Shown here in pieces: positions 1 through 13,400 of a stretch of 64,000 nt of DNA. The notes beneath the pieces are model-generated. The model was not told the DNA's origin and ran no database searches. It saw only the letters and a list, made by a program, of their open reading frames with translations. The DNA comes from Lepidodermella squamata (lineage: Eukaryota > Animalia > Gastrotricha). Both the position numbers and the translations under genes were made by a program. Location: NCBI GenBank assembly GCA_047495785.1, contig JBLDXI010000015.1, positions 3,534,001 through 3,598,000 on the forward strand, read 5' to 3'. How positions within the stretch are numbered: the stretch's first letter is position 1; each line of letters begins with the position of its first letter.

Positions 1-989
1 AAATGGACCGCGGCCTTAAAAAGAAGCACCGTTCGAAGGTTACAACAACCACAGATTTGCCAGCTGTAGTTACGGATATGCCGTATTTCGAGGTTGAAAT
101 CACCGACAGTCCGTCTGGAAATGGCTTATTAGCAGCCGAACCTGAGCAGCCTACAACGATTAATTTTAAAACAACAACGAGTCGTCGTCCTCTCAAGGCA
201 AAAACAGAGAAACCGAATCGCGTCGATAATCGAAGGGATATATTGAAAAATTATCGCCGACTTCAAGAGCAGCGAAAGGCCAAAGCTGCAACTACGACTA
301 CTCGCACAACATTATCGACGACTACGCCATTTTTTATGCCGGAAACTGTTGAAAAGGTTGCTGATCATCAAGAAAATGCAATTGTTAAGGAGGCTGCGCT
401 CCTTGAACAGCCCAAATTGCTGGAATTAACAACACAGATGCCTTCATCAACCACAATTTCGTCTAATCTTCCGAAATCTTCCACGCCTCGGTTGAAGAAG
501 AAAAAGGTTAGCAGTGAAGAAAGTGAATCAGCCGGTGATAGCAAGAGTGGAGAGACAGAAAGCGCGGGTGAAAGTGAGGAAGAAAGTGGATCGGAAAGTG
601 GGTCGGAAACTGCTGAAGATTCGAAGCCTACAACCAAGCCTGCGAAGAAAAAGTTGGAGGTCCTCAACAAACACCCGTCGTCTCAAAACGATGAAGATGA
701 CGGGCTGGTTCTTGATCGCCACGGTAAGAAGTCGTCGTTGCCTAAAACGAAGGATGAAACTCGAAAATGGGCTCGAGAGGCAGTGAATGAGTACAAGAAA
801 ATATCAAAACAACTGCCCGATATTTTACAAATGGATTTCCCGACTGAATCTCGTAAGAAGGTATCACCACGGGTTCAATCAGCTACCCTGAAGCCCCAAA
901 AATCTGGTGATGAGGCGAATGATAGAAGCAGGCGAAAAACAAGCAAAGAGGAACCTGAGCGCGTGTTGGTTCGAGCGAAACGATTTTAG
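1..989 (+). CDS. 3' part of a low-complexity Thr/Ser/Glu/Lys-rich protein of unknown function (5' end outside window)
   Basis: Open frame of >320 codons from the window edge, ending RVLVRAKRF*; poly-Thr and SE-rich tracts; no recognisable domain. Confidence 0.55.
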   Translation, partial: MDRGLKKKHRSKVTTTTDLPAVVTDMPYFEVEITDSPSGNGLLAAEPEQPTTINFKTTTSRRPLKAKTEKPNRVDNRRDILKNYRRLQEQRKAKAATTTTRTTLSTTTPFFMPETVEKVADHQENAIVKEAALLEQPKLLELTTQMPSSTTISSNLPKSSTPRLKKKKVSSEESESAGDSKSGETESAGESEEESGSESGSETAEDSKPTTKPAKKKLEVLNKHPSSQNDEDDGLVLDRHGKKSSLPKTKDETRKWAREAVNEYKKISKQLPDILQMDFPTESRKKVSPRVQSATLKPQKSGDEANDRSRRKTSKEEPERVLVRAKRF

Positions 990-1973
990 CTTGATTATTT
1001 CTAACAGAAAAAAGCCGGATTTATAGCATTGTAATATTTATTGGTATCTTTGACTCGGAACTTTCAACTCTGTCAACATAGTTTAATCTTGATCATCACA
1101 TCTTAATTTTTCGATTTTCGGTATTTTCTGACCAAAAAGTTATGCTCGGAATAAAAATAAAAAATATTTGAAAAAATCGTCTTTTTGTGTGTTCGCTGGG
1201 CCAATTAACTCACCATAGTAAATTAAATAATGAGAGCTGTTGGGTTCAGCGTTGGGCTCGTGAATTTTATTGATATTTACAGACCAGATTTCCGGCCTCT
1301 GATTTTCCATTCTTTGGATGCTGGGAAACATCGATTCTTTTGTCTATATGTAGGCAATTGAAAAATTAGAAACCCAGAATTCTTGTTTCCCCTTAAATCC
1401 GAATTATCCGATGTATCGAAAAATGCGATTGCTCTCCAGAAAAAAATCACCCTAATTAGGGGAATTTTACACCCTATAGTTGGGAATTATTCCAACGATC
1501 CCGATGGTTTTCAATCGGTTTTTATTCTTTTATTTTATTTTATTTTATTGCCACATCCTTTTTGTTCAGAATTGCAAGTTGGTAGATAACAGGTCAAGTT
1601 ATTATCACAAAGTGGAACATGACCTAGTTGAATTATTGCGACGCATGAAAACAAGGCAACAGGCGGATGGCAGAAGATAGGTCATCGTTTATAAAACCGT
1701 ACATCCTTGTAAGATTTGCAGATTCCACAGCCATTACCACGGATTTCTCATCCCATATGTTTATTTATCAACTGCTGTCATCGCGTACGAGAATAACACG
1801 CACACGCTTCAAAACAACAGCGCAGCCATCCGGCACGTGCTCGAATTCAGTCATTTTTTCAAATTTCAATCTCTTAAACACTGAATTTTAATAAGCTAGT
1901 GCCGACTTTTTACTATAATTCAATTATTTATTATTTTTCGATAGGTATTGTTACTCTTTAAAAATAGCCAAAG

Positions 1974-2603
1974 ATGAGGTTATCAGTCTTTGGCGCCCTG
2001 ATTTTTGTTGCAGGTTTGAGAAATTTTATCCGTAATTTTTATTAAATTTTTTATGATAATTTTTCAGCATGTTTTGCTCATCGCGATGATGATTTTGTTG
2101 ACATAGTTAATGCTAACGATAGAACCGTCGCAGATGACAACCTTGACAATTCGTATATCATCCGAGATGCCCACCATCAATGGGATTCTTCGTCAAGCGA
2201 GCCAGTCACAAGCCACAAAAGACGAAAGCATCGCCGGCGTAAAGTTCAACTGAGCTTCCGAATCAAAATCAGAGCGAAAAACGACAACTTGAACGCGAAT
2301 CACATCGACTTGAAGGGCCTGGATGTCGCCAACGCGCCAACATGTCCTGCTTCCACAACTACAAAGGCTCCTTCGACCAGCCCAACAGACGCGTTTGCTC
2401 CGCGTCTCGGCGGCTTTGTTCTTCAACGACTCCGTGGGCCTGCGATTTATAAACCAAACCATCAGGGAGCTTTCAACTTGGTCAAATCTCCAAAATCCCT
2501 GCAGTCAATGCTTGGCAAGCTGAAAAATCTTCCAAAAAGTGAGCCAGCCTCAACCTCTTAAAATTCTATTGATTAAAAAATATTTTTTTTAGATGCGAAT
2601 TAA
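1974..2603 (+). CDS. Small secreted protein, paralog A of an unrecognised family (3 exons: 1974-2013, 2068-2538, 2593-2603)
   Basis: Signal peptide MRLSVFGALIFVAACFA assembled across a phase-1 GT-AG intron; motifs RIKIRAKNDNLNANHI, LQRLRGPAI and MLGKL are shared with the adjacent gene. Confidence 0.7.
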
Positions 2604-2962
2604 GCTATAACAAACAAGCCCGAACCTCATCATCTCGTCGCCATTTATTTACCTTAAATTATTATACTGTAATTCGTATTCGAAAAATAAATTGCTACTT
2701 ACCTATCACAACATAATTGACACAGTTTCTTTTAATATAGGCTTTTATTAATATTATTTTCCGATTTTCCTAGGGACTAGCGACATAAATTTTGTTCGAG
2801 AGCACGAGGAGCGAAAGACGCCAGCATTTGAAAAGTATCCGAATTTTTTCCTAATTTTTTATGATTATATTTCGAATTTTCAGGGTATTGGCAGCGAGCT
2901 TTTGAATCAATTCTAAACAGCTCCTCAATTCCTGCCAATTGCGAATTTTCTCTAGCCCGAGG

Positions 2963-3959
2963 ATGAACATCTATAGCTTCGGATTAGTTCTCATTTTAGT
3001 TACAGGTTCGTTATATCAAGCGAATACAACAAGCAAATTATTTGCATCCGCCTTAATTGCGATTGATTGATTGATTGGCAGGCTGTTTGGCTTTCTGGGA
3101 CGTTTCGGATAGTAGTCATAGCTCATCAGAGTCCCACGTCAAAACGACGAAAAAGTGCACGAAGAAGGCCACTACAACGACATCGACTTCAACTACTACA
3201 ACGACGACGACTACGACGACTACAACGACAACGACAACAACACCAACACCGCCTGCTCAGGATCCTGTAACCAGCGCTAGGACATCGCCACTGCCTGATG
3301 TCCCGACTACTGAACAACCGTGCGATGTGCCATGCGAAGCACCTAAAGATAGCTGCGATCGGTCTTACCGCAAGAAGCATCGTAAAACGGGTCCGATTCG
3401 CATTAAAATCAAAGCTAAGAACGACAATTTGAACGTTAACAACATCAACATTAGAGACCTGGATTTCTTTGGCTACGACAATAACAACAACAACAACGGG
3501 GCGGATACGACTACAACGAGCACTTCTGCGACTGGTACTGATACTACTAGCCCACTGGGTGACGTCACGACCCCGGCGGGCTCAACCGCTACTAGTACTG
3601 CCACGCAGACAGCTTCGACCACAGTCACTGTTACCCAGACGACGCCGAAAAGCGCGAAATTTTCGAATTGGAAAAAGAAGGAGGCAGCGGCTGACGACAC
3701 GCCTCGAGTTAAGCAGTCGAGGTCTGAAACTATCAGCATTCCTGTCGATTCAGCCTTGGATCATAGCGCTAATGTTGCAGATAGCCATCACGTGGAGGAG
3801 GCGAGGAAACTCAAGCGACTTCGCGGGCCGGCTATCAAGCGCTCTCGGGCCCCGGCTCGAACCTCTTTCATGCTTGGTAAACTCAACGCTCTTCAGAAAC
3901 GTGAGTGTTTTCAAAATAATTTTCGTAATAATTTTCATTTTTTTGCGATAGGTTCTTAA
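2963..3959 (+). CDS. Secreted Thr-rich (mucin-like) protein, paralog B (3 exons: 2963-3005, 3082-3900, 3952-3959)
   Basis: Signal peptide MNIYSFGLVLILVTGCLA; same two phase-1 intron positions as paralog A; motifs RIKIKAKNDNLNVNNI, LKRLRGPAI, MLGKL; poly-Thr tract at 3170-3245. Confidence 0.75.
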
Positions 3960-4223
3960 AATCTTCACGCTGTTCGGAGACATTTACGTGACACCAGCTA
4001 TTATTTTATAGTTTTTCTGTGACATTTAGTTGCATGTATGTGACGATCTTTTCGAACATAGCAGTCAACCGCTATTATGACATAGACCTTATTTAACTGG
4101 AATTATTTTTTTTTGATCGATCACTCGTCTAATAAACACGTTAATTTTACCGGAACAATTAACAGAGCCGTCTTTTTTATTTCATTTTTAATCGACAAAT
4201 CACACAGTCCATCATCCAGGTAT

Positions 4224-5443
4224 TTAATATATTTCTGCGAACGGCTGTCGAATTGGCTGGAGCCTGTATCAAGCATGATAGAAAGTTTAGTTTTATCATC
4301 AGAAAATTTGAATGATTTTACCAATTTTGGCTATCCCATGGTACATCAGCAGTTTCAACAACGTGGAAAGTGTAAATGTTTCTTGGTTTACCGGATAAAT
4401 TTGCCGCGCTGTGAAGCAATGATAATTCCGAAATTATTTTGAAATAAAAAATTCCTGACCTCTTATGAACTACAGTCCCGTGAATTACAACAGCGTCTCC
4501 GGCCTTCACCTCAGCCGGTACAAAGTCGAACCGCTTATCCGCATCCGGGATCGGCCAAGGTCCAGTGAATGATAGCGAAACTTCACCGGTGACAGGGTCA
4601 GTCTTCCGAAGGTATCGGTTGTTGTCGATGAGGCCTTCCTTGTGCGAACCTGGGGCGAACCAAAGACACCCGTTTTCACGATCGGCGTCGTTCAGCGCGA
4701 TCCAAATGCCGACTAGGGCAGAGGGAGGGTCAACATACAGAAAAGTAGCATCCTGGTGCGGAACTACGGCATCGCCAATTTTCGGCTGTTTAAAGATGTA
4801 CATGGACTGGCAAACGGCAGGGTGTTTGAAACCCAAGGCCTTGCTAATTGCCTGAAATTAAAAAGAAATTAGAGTGACCACTTCTCCAGCAACTAATCTT
4901 TAATTGAAAGAAATTTGAAAAATTTAAATCTCAAATTTTGAAATTTTAAAATAAATTTTAACACAATTAATAAATTCTATAATAAAGTCTAAATTATAAG
5001 TGGAATATTTTTTATTTTTTTTTAAATTTTGAAAGTTTTGTTAAATTATGGGGAAACATCTTCCTTAATCTCACCTTAGTTTTGTCGTTAAAAGTGTGCT
5101 TCCGAAAAGTGGGACGTTCCAAGTGAAGGCCATGGCCGATTTTATTAATAGCCAGCGCCTTTTCCACCTTAAGATTCCCATCTGGATCAACGGCGCCCTT
5201 TTCCAGAAAATAGCTGACCGTATCAGCGCTGTTGATGAAGTAGTTGTCCTTAGTGGTGGCATGCGACTGGTTCAGAGCGTCAAAGGCGCTGCGATGCTGG
5301 TTTATATCGAGCTCGTCGATAATCGCCGTCATATCTTGCCGCATATCTTCGACCTCTTCAGGCGATAAGAAGCCCTCGACAACAGCGAAGCCATTTTCGT
5401 TGAATTTTTCAACAAAATCAGCTGGCAAAGTTGGCGGTAGCAT
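4224..5443 (-). CDS. PHYHD1: Phytanoyl-CoA dioxygenase domain-containing protein 1 (2OG-Fe(II) oxygenase), 4 exons
   Basis: ENGFAVVEGFLS, NKIGHGLH, QSMYIFKQPKIG..V.PHQDATFLY (HxD), GIWIALNDADRENGCLWFAPGSH, HGTVVH; last exon WLQPIRQPFAEIY*. Confidence 0.9.
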
Positions 5444-5599
5444 TGCGAAGCTCAAAAAATTGAATTATGAGGCGTAAAAAAATGAAAATAGTGAATTGCA
5501 TTTGATTCACCGCAGCTGACGCACGCGTGCGCTTTTTACGAATAAAAAGTGATCGGCTCTGTGCCAGCATTTGAAACTCGAAACTCAATCCATTTTATT

Positions 5600-6919
5600 T
5601 CATAAGCTTAATCTGTAACTCAGCTCTTTTGAATATCGCATTAGTGAGCAAAATATGCAAATTTCATCACTTTTCTGGCCCATTAAGACTGAGTTATTGC
5701 CAGGGAAAGCTGACCAAACCAAATCAGATAGTTTGAACGGGTGAAGGGCTAAAAGGAGATTGACATCGACAATGTCCCAAACACTTTTCGGGAGTTTGAT
5801 TGTGTACCAGTTGCGATCGTCGATAATTCCATGATTTTCCAGGCAGGCAAATATGGTTGGAACTCCGATCTCTTGAAATACCCGGTGCTTCGCCAATAGG
5901 TCGAACAGGAGAATCGCCATAGGAAGGTCCTTTTTAGCCACGTAAAATATGTCAGATTTTGCTCCGATTGCTCTTCTCCTACCCTTAGCAACCTGGGCAA
6001 TGCGGTTAAGGCAATAGCCATGATAGTCTGGCTCGAATCGGGCCATTTTCTCTAGATCCTATATTGATGGATGAAATATTTTTACTAAAATTGAAACTTT
6101 ATTTCAACTTACTGTGAAGAAGGATTTTAGCTGATTTTGATAGATTGTCACCCAGCCAGCCCACGAATTGGGTGTCCAGCATTCTTTCGAGCTATTACAC
6201 CTCAGCAGGGTGTCTACATCGTAATAAAAGTCATCCCTGGACATGACGTAGCTTATCGATAAATCAAAGTTATTCGAATCGAAAATGAAATTCCAATATC
6301 CGAACAACGCATCATCATGAACGAGAAATACGCCACCTATCTCATGCCTAGGTAATTTCGATGTTCTAACGGCTTCATTAACGCAGTAATAAACAGTTTC
6401 TCCAGCGCCTTCTTTAACAGGTAGTTTTATTTGATAGTTGATGAATCTCCGCTGGAAGTAAGCGAAAAAATTACGCGAAGTTTCATTGAAGTTCCGATAT
6501 ATTCCCATCGTGAAGTCGGTAGAATCAGGCGAAGGGCCGCAAAATCGTATCTCGGCGAAATTTCTGCCATATAGCGCATTGACTAGGGGCGCGACATGAT
6601 AATTTGTCGCCTGGTTGAAAGCTACGATGAGGATAGTTGATTTCTTGAGCCGAATCGCGGCATCACGCGACAATTTATGAGTTTCGAATAAAATATCGGG
6701 CGGTAAATGGCGCGATTCAAATCGGCACGATTTATTGTAGCGGCATAATTGCGACCAAATCAAGCGATCACTTTCGTGCCAAAATTGGTCATCATCATCG
6801 TCATGAGTCGGTGGGCTTCTGTTCTTCGGCGATATTAGGTCGAAATGAGAGATGACCCAGTAAAATATGGCGATGATGTGGCACGCAAAAAATATACGTA
6901 GGTAGCAGCGGTTTTTCAT
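5600..6919 (-). CDS. Type II membrane protein, STELLO/DUF288-like putative glycosyltransferase (2 exons)
   Basis: N-terminal TM; motifs LIVAFN, LY..F..I.FCGP, YYC..EA, FLVHDD..F.YWN, SDIFYV, VFQEIGVPTI..CL, HPFKLS resemble the STELLO-like C-terminal region; first AUG at 6919. Confidence 0.65.
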
Positions 6920-7470
6920 TATAAAATTGTGCCACCTTAATATACTGAAAAGTATGACAAGCAATACATTTTCATATTCATCTTCACTTTCAATTTTATT
7001 TCAGTTTCAATGAGGGCAGGCCTGAATAAAATTTCTCTGAATAATCACGTTGATGAAAGGATACATAGATGAATGGAAATGAAATTCTGCAATAAAGCTT
7101 GGATCCAAAACGGAAATTATTTTATTTAACAGCCGCTTCGGAGGGGGTGTATGCATTCCTTTAAGACATTGAGACTATTGTTGGCAACAATATGAGGTGA
7201 GCTTTCATAATGCTCATTTTTTTGTATGAGTAATCTTCAACGTGGGCTATAAGCTCAACGATGTTACCTGGCAGATGAACACACATATATGAGCTAATGT
7301 TACATTATATTATGAAAGTATAAAAATGAGTTGTAGCCACGATTTTCTTAATTTTCATCAAGATATTAAGATATAAGTTTACTCAAATAGACAGGAAACA
7401 GCTTTTAAATGGACATGCTCGATCAAGATTCCCGGCGATCGTCAAAGCTTGAAAATTTACTCATACCTTG

Positions 7471-10400
7471 ATGAAAGCACGAATCCTATCAGTTTCGTCA
7501 GCTTTGATCTGCTTGGCCTTTGGCTTATGGCCGGCTCAATGTTCCCCAATGGTTAGGAATTACAGTTTTGTAGCTCGTATGGGATGTTAGTTTATTTTCC
7601 AGGCATCTCGTTTCGAGCTGCCATCAGACACTCAACCTTGCCGCGTCCCAGCTCTACAAAACGGCCGGTTTTTGTCCTACTCTCCTAATGAGCCTCGGCA
7701 AAATTGGCCATCTCTACAGGCGAATTCGCAAGTCAGCTTAGGAACTACCTTAATCGCGGATTGCCAACCTTGCTACCGATATGCCGATAACTCGACTGAA
7801 TCTGATAGCGAAACTGAGATCGAATGCCTTGGAAATAATCTGTGGAACGGCATTGTGGGGAATTGCCGGAGAATCGATGATTGCAGCCAAGTGGTAAGCC
7901 TAAATGTTAAAAATGTCCCACAAAATTGAAGGAATCACTGATTATACCGAATCAGACCTTACCAGCTGTCAAGCCTGCTGGCAATAACACAGAATGCGGC
8001 CGCCCGAATGACGATCTGAGCGACGGGGAAACACCACAGCCTTGGATGGTAACCTTAAATAACGACAATATTAAGGAGGCTATTCTCCTTTATTTTCAAT
8101 GTTTTAGGTTTACATTAAAGTTCAGAAAGGCGGAATCTTCATCAGAAACTGTTCCGGCGTACTTATCGATCAAACGTGGATCCTGGCAGCTTCAGAATGT
8201 ATCGAAACTACGGATGGAGAGAGGCCGACCTCGTAATTAAAATTGCGGTGATTTTGCACTAGAAGTCTTAATAGTCATTTTTTTCAAGAATTTCGCTCCA
8301 AGATGGCAGATCGGTTTTCGTTACTAACATTGTCGAAGAGCCGCAGAACAAACAGTTGGCTTTATTGATGATTAACCCTTTCGTCATCTATTCCGAAAAA
8401 GTCCGAGCCCTATGCCTGCCAGACGTCCAATGCGAATCTAAAAATTCATCGATTTGTACCGTTGGATCTGTTTCAAGTTACGAGAATGTCAAAATTTCAC
8501 CTGCTAATTGCCCCTCGCAATTTTGCGCGAATGCTGGCGGTAATAGATCAGGGTCACTTTTCATGTGCGAATTCGCTGGCCGACTTTTCGCATCGGGAGT
8601 TGAACTTTCTCGCAACAATAACTCATGTTGCAGCGACCATCAGATCGGCTTCGTCGCAATTTGTCCATTGATCACCTGGATACGGTGGACAATCACCAAA
8701 TTCACGAATAGAGGGGAATGTAAATTTGATTTCATGTTAAAAATTGCGTAGAATTAATGAGCTGTTTATTTGATAGATTGTCCCGATGAATTTCCTGAAG
8801 TCTATTCTGGCGTAGTCGATGCAAGGCTAAGTTTTTCCGATGTCGATCAACAGCCTCAAAATGGCTATCGCATCGGAACTATCGCTGATATAACATGCAA
8901 TAATGGCTATAGTTTGTTCGGGTCTGATCGCATTATTTGCACAGCAGCCGGGGTTTGGAGCCTGCCTGGCACCTGTTTATTCCTGAGTAAATTCAAAAAT
9001 TTCCAAATTTTCGAAATTTCAATTCTTTTTCGCTAGTTACCCCTGCTCCTCCAATCGCGGAGGTCTTCATTGATTCAGAATCAACGACCGAGGCAGTGGA
9101 AATCACTAATCAGCCAGGATTATGTGGCGTTCCAAATAAGCTTCGTAAAGCTAATAACGCGCCCGAGTTTCCTTGGATAGTATGTTTTTTCTATTTCGAA
9201 AATCTTACCTATATTGCTGGGATTTTCCATCTATCAGATAACAATTAAAAGTTACCTCAACACCTTGACTCAAGGTTACAAAATTTGCGACGCTGTTGTT
9301 ATCGATTACGAACATGCAATCACAGCTGCTCATTGTGTAGTCCATCGGACTGAAATCGCTAAAAGGTGAGATTGCATTTTTTTTTAATTTTCAAAAACTT
9401 TTCAAATTTATAACCAGAGTTGACCTCTCCGTCTTTGAGGATGGCGATTACCAATCAGTTCGATCAGTTCTGGTCATTTTACATCCGAAATTCAAAAATA
9501 AAGACCTAGATTATTCGATTTTCGATTTTGCGATCATTAAAACGAGCAGAATGCCTTCGATAACGCCGATATGTTTGCCTACGACGGGCTCTAATTTTTG
9601 CAGATACTCGAGATGTGAAAACGCCGTGATTATTGACAATGGTATAATTACCTATTATAACCTAAAAAAAATTTAATTTATTTATTTTCAAATTTACAGT
9701 TGAAAATGGGAGGAATTTCACGAAGCTCAACTTGACCATAGCTCTAAGAGCTCATTCGAATCGTTCTTCAATTTCGATATCAACAGCGTGGGCAAATGGG
9801 ACTTGTGGCATGGAATGGAGTAACCCTCTAATGTGCTCTAACGACGACGGACGGTACCAATTAGGGGCTTTAGTGCCGAATGGGCGGTTGAAATGTTCGA
9901 TTAAGCCTGCTGCTATCTACTCGAACATTTGTCCGGCGCTGCCGTGGATCAACCAAGTACTGTCAGGATGGACAGGATTTAAGAGTAGGAAAGCAAATAA
10001 ATTATCATCTTGAAATTACTCACAAGCAGTGACGGACATTATTAGGTTAATTTCTGTAGAGCAAAAGCCGTTTGAATAAAATTTCTGTTTAGAAATCTCA
10101 TTTGGAGGCGTCTCGTTAACTGAGATTCCAACTCAAAATTAAGGCATGCCAGCACTTATTTTTCGATTTCGATTGCGATTTCAACTTCTTGATCGATATA
10201 TAGTGATGCAAAGTCGAAATCGATTCCCGCTATTTTAAATCGATTTTAATTTTATCGATTTTAAAAATTGGTGATTTTTTCCAAAATAAACTGATCAGGA
10301 GACCATCGTAAAAAATGCCTCATCCACCAATCCGATGGTGCCAGGTAGCTAAAAGAAAAATTCCGGGGTCATTAGGGTGACACATAGAGTGACATTTATC

Positions 10401-13400
10401 GCAAAATTCACGTGATGGGAAAATACATCGGTTAAACCTGCTAATAAAAAAATTTAAATGCTCATGAATTTTGGGAAAATCTGGAGATTAAAGCCTAAAT
10501 TTGGGGGTGATATAATCCATTCCAATTCTCTGGTTTCAGTCAAATCCAGCAATATCTCACATACCGTAACGGGTCCTAACTTTGGACAAAACACCTCTTT
10601 TAATTTAAAAAAATTCGGTTTTCGTCTAAAAAAATGGAAAAAAATATCCAAACCTCCGCCCAAGGAAGCTGCGTGGACAGGTGAAGTTTGGAAAATTTAG
10701 AAGCTCACCTTGATTTTAAAAAAATTGGTAAAGAAACCTCTAAATTTGGACACTTGTTCCCAAATTTGGACACCTCATTTGCATATGCTAATTCGACCTT
10801 ACACACATTTTATTTCTTGTTGCGCAATTTTTCTCGTTTTTTCAAAGGCGACTTTTGTAGCCGCGCGCTTGAGACTAAAATAATGCTACCGATAGGATTC
10901 ACTCATCGTCAGATTTAATGCAGATGTACCGTAACGAGTGGTAACTTTGGACAAAACGTGTTTTTCGAACATTAAAAATCAGGCTTTGCTCCTAAATTTC
11001 TGAAATTTTTACCAAAGGTGGGGACGGTGATTCTTGAATTTACTGCAAATTCTAGAAATTTTGAGAATTTTACCTGACCTTTGGCTAATTAATATGTGTT
11101 CCGGTAACTTTGGACAATTAGAGGGTAGCTTTGGACACTCATTTGCATATGCAATTTCATTGCAATTTCATTGTGAATTATCTGTTATTCATGGTTTTTC
11201 ATTTAATCTTGGGTCAGATATCGAAAAAAATTATGAACAGATGGCGCATCATCTGTTTCTCGGAAGTTCAATAAAAATACATTTCTGCGCAGCAGCATAC
11301 TTAACCCGTCCAAAAGTGTCCAAAATTACCCCAATTTTCACCTGTTTTTCAGGTAAATGCTCTGCTAAAACGCGTCGACGGATTGTCATTTTTTCTTCGA
11401 TTATAGGGAGAGTAAAGATAGGAGAATACTCATGCCAACTTTCATTGAAAACTGATCGATTATTAGAAAGATAGAAGGGGGGTCCCAAAACGGCACCCAA
11501 AGTCTCACTGCTTGCAACTTTTTCTGAAATTCGATTTCAGCTCCAATCGTCTTGATTTTTATGTCAAACAAAAGCTGAAGAGACGGAGCATTTTATGCGA
11601 AAACCCCATGATTTAAACTTTCAACCCTGAAAAGTTGCAAACCTGCAAAGCCGAAAGTGTCCAAAGTTACCCTGTCCACAATCACCACACGTTACGGTAC
11701 GCAATACCAATTATACACCAGGATCTTAATACCGTTAATGAACCATGAATCTTCTCGAAACTATGATAAACCAGGTGAAAATGTCTCTGAAGCACCGAGT
11801 CTCATTTAGAAAGTAGACGGAGGGATATCAGTTTGAGGTTAAACCATGGGTTGAGGTTTGAATGAGTCGTGGAGTTTCTTTATCGCTGAACTATTGACAT
11901 GTTTTACCGAAAGTGAACTGTCATTTGTCCCATGGTACGTGCTGTTCACCTGTTTAATTAAAGCTGGCGCCGTCGGATTTGTATTCGGATACATTATTAT
12001 TCCCTATGCTCTCTAGCCAAAATCATGAAAGCATAGCCTAGGCCGGGAGTCATTAAGCTAATTCCAATGTTCTATCAATGCGATGCCATTCTTTTCAAAA
12101 ACTGACAAAAAGCATACATTTCGTTTGCATATGCATAGAGATAAAAATATCATTAAAAGTGTCCAAATTTAGAGGCTAAATTCAAAGTCACCTGTATCAA
12201 AATTGGCTTGTCCTTCTGCCGAGATTTTTTTACAGAATTTAGTTTAGGTAAATCCCCATTTGCAAAAAAAATTTCAGCCCCAACCGTTCACAGGTGAGCA
12301 TTTGGCAAGGGGGGTCCCAAAACACCTTTCTGAGTGATCGAGCTTCGGCGATTTTTCGCAAATCGATAGTACGTGAAATCATTGGCAAATTTGGTACCGT
12401 TGGAAAGCCCACGAAGGGAGCTATTTTTCAGTGAAATTTCTAAACTTTTATCAGTTATGCACAAATTGATATTTGGGGCTAAAGCTCAAAGTGTCCAAAT
12501 TTGGGGTGTCCAAATTTAGGGCGCGTTACGGTGTAAGTAAATTATTTTTGCAGATTCGTATTTCACCGAAATTCCGGAACCGAATTACGCGTACGAACTC
12601 AACATCATTATTGGAGTTCCAGTTTCGTTCATTTCAGCTGTTGGCACACTACTTATTTTGTACCTCGCGAGATGGTTTTACAGGTAAGGCCAATTATGAT
12701 GGCAGTAACTTTTATTCTCACTGGAACCCCTCGATAGCTCGGGGTTCCAGATCGGGGGGAAATTATTTTTCTCCATGGCTAGCCATAGAGTATTCCCTCA
12801 TTCCAACAATAAGCGCATGGTAAAATTCAGCCTTTGGGAAATTAAATTTTTTCTCTATGGCTGAATTAAAATTTTTAAGGTGGAATTTTCATTCCAATTA
12901 TATATGCTATTTTTACAGGGGTATGCCTCTTTAACACCCCAAAAAGTGGCTCCAGATGGTGCGCATGTAGGAGTAGGAGTAGGATTAGGACCCTTATTTC
13001 GCAATTTTCTTTTTCAGCCACAATGCCCTGATAAAAGAATCCGAAAAACGCCTGCCTAGAAACGTTTACGAGCTTATTAAAAACCAGCCCAACTGCGAGA
13101 AAGTGTTTCGAAAATTAGCCGATGACAACTTTCGAAGCCGAGTTCTCTTGGAACCTGAGTGCGTTAGAATCAACAGGAACCAGGAGCTAGATCGTGGCTA
13201 CTACGGAGTGGTACGTCGAGGCGAATTCCATCTACGAAATTCAACGATCGTCCAAAGCGTGGCCGTTAAATACCCACTTACAACGGCTGGCGAAGACGCT
13301 GAGAGACGGCTATTCGCTATATTCACAGAAGCTTTGGCTATGGCTGAACTTAATCACGAAAGTCTACTTCCATTAACTGGAGTTGTCATGGCTGATGATG

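Noticed and set aside
7990-9985. Active serine protease genes
   Set aside because: The catalytic triad is incomplete in every trypsin-like domain, including the one at 22990-23760
10454-12480. ORFs at 10454-11500 as host genes
   Set aside because: They fall inside or at the edge of nested TIR elements within an intron and lack domains
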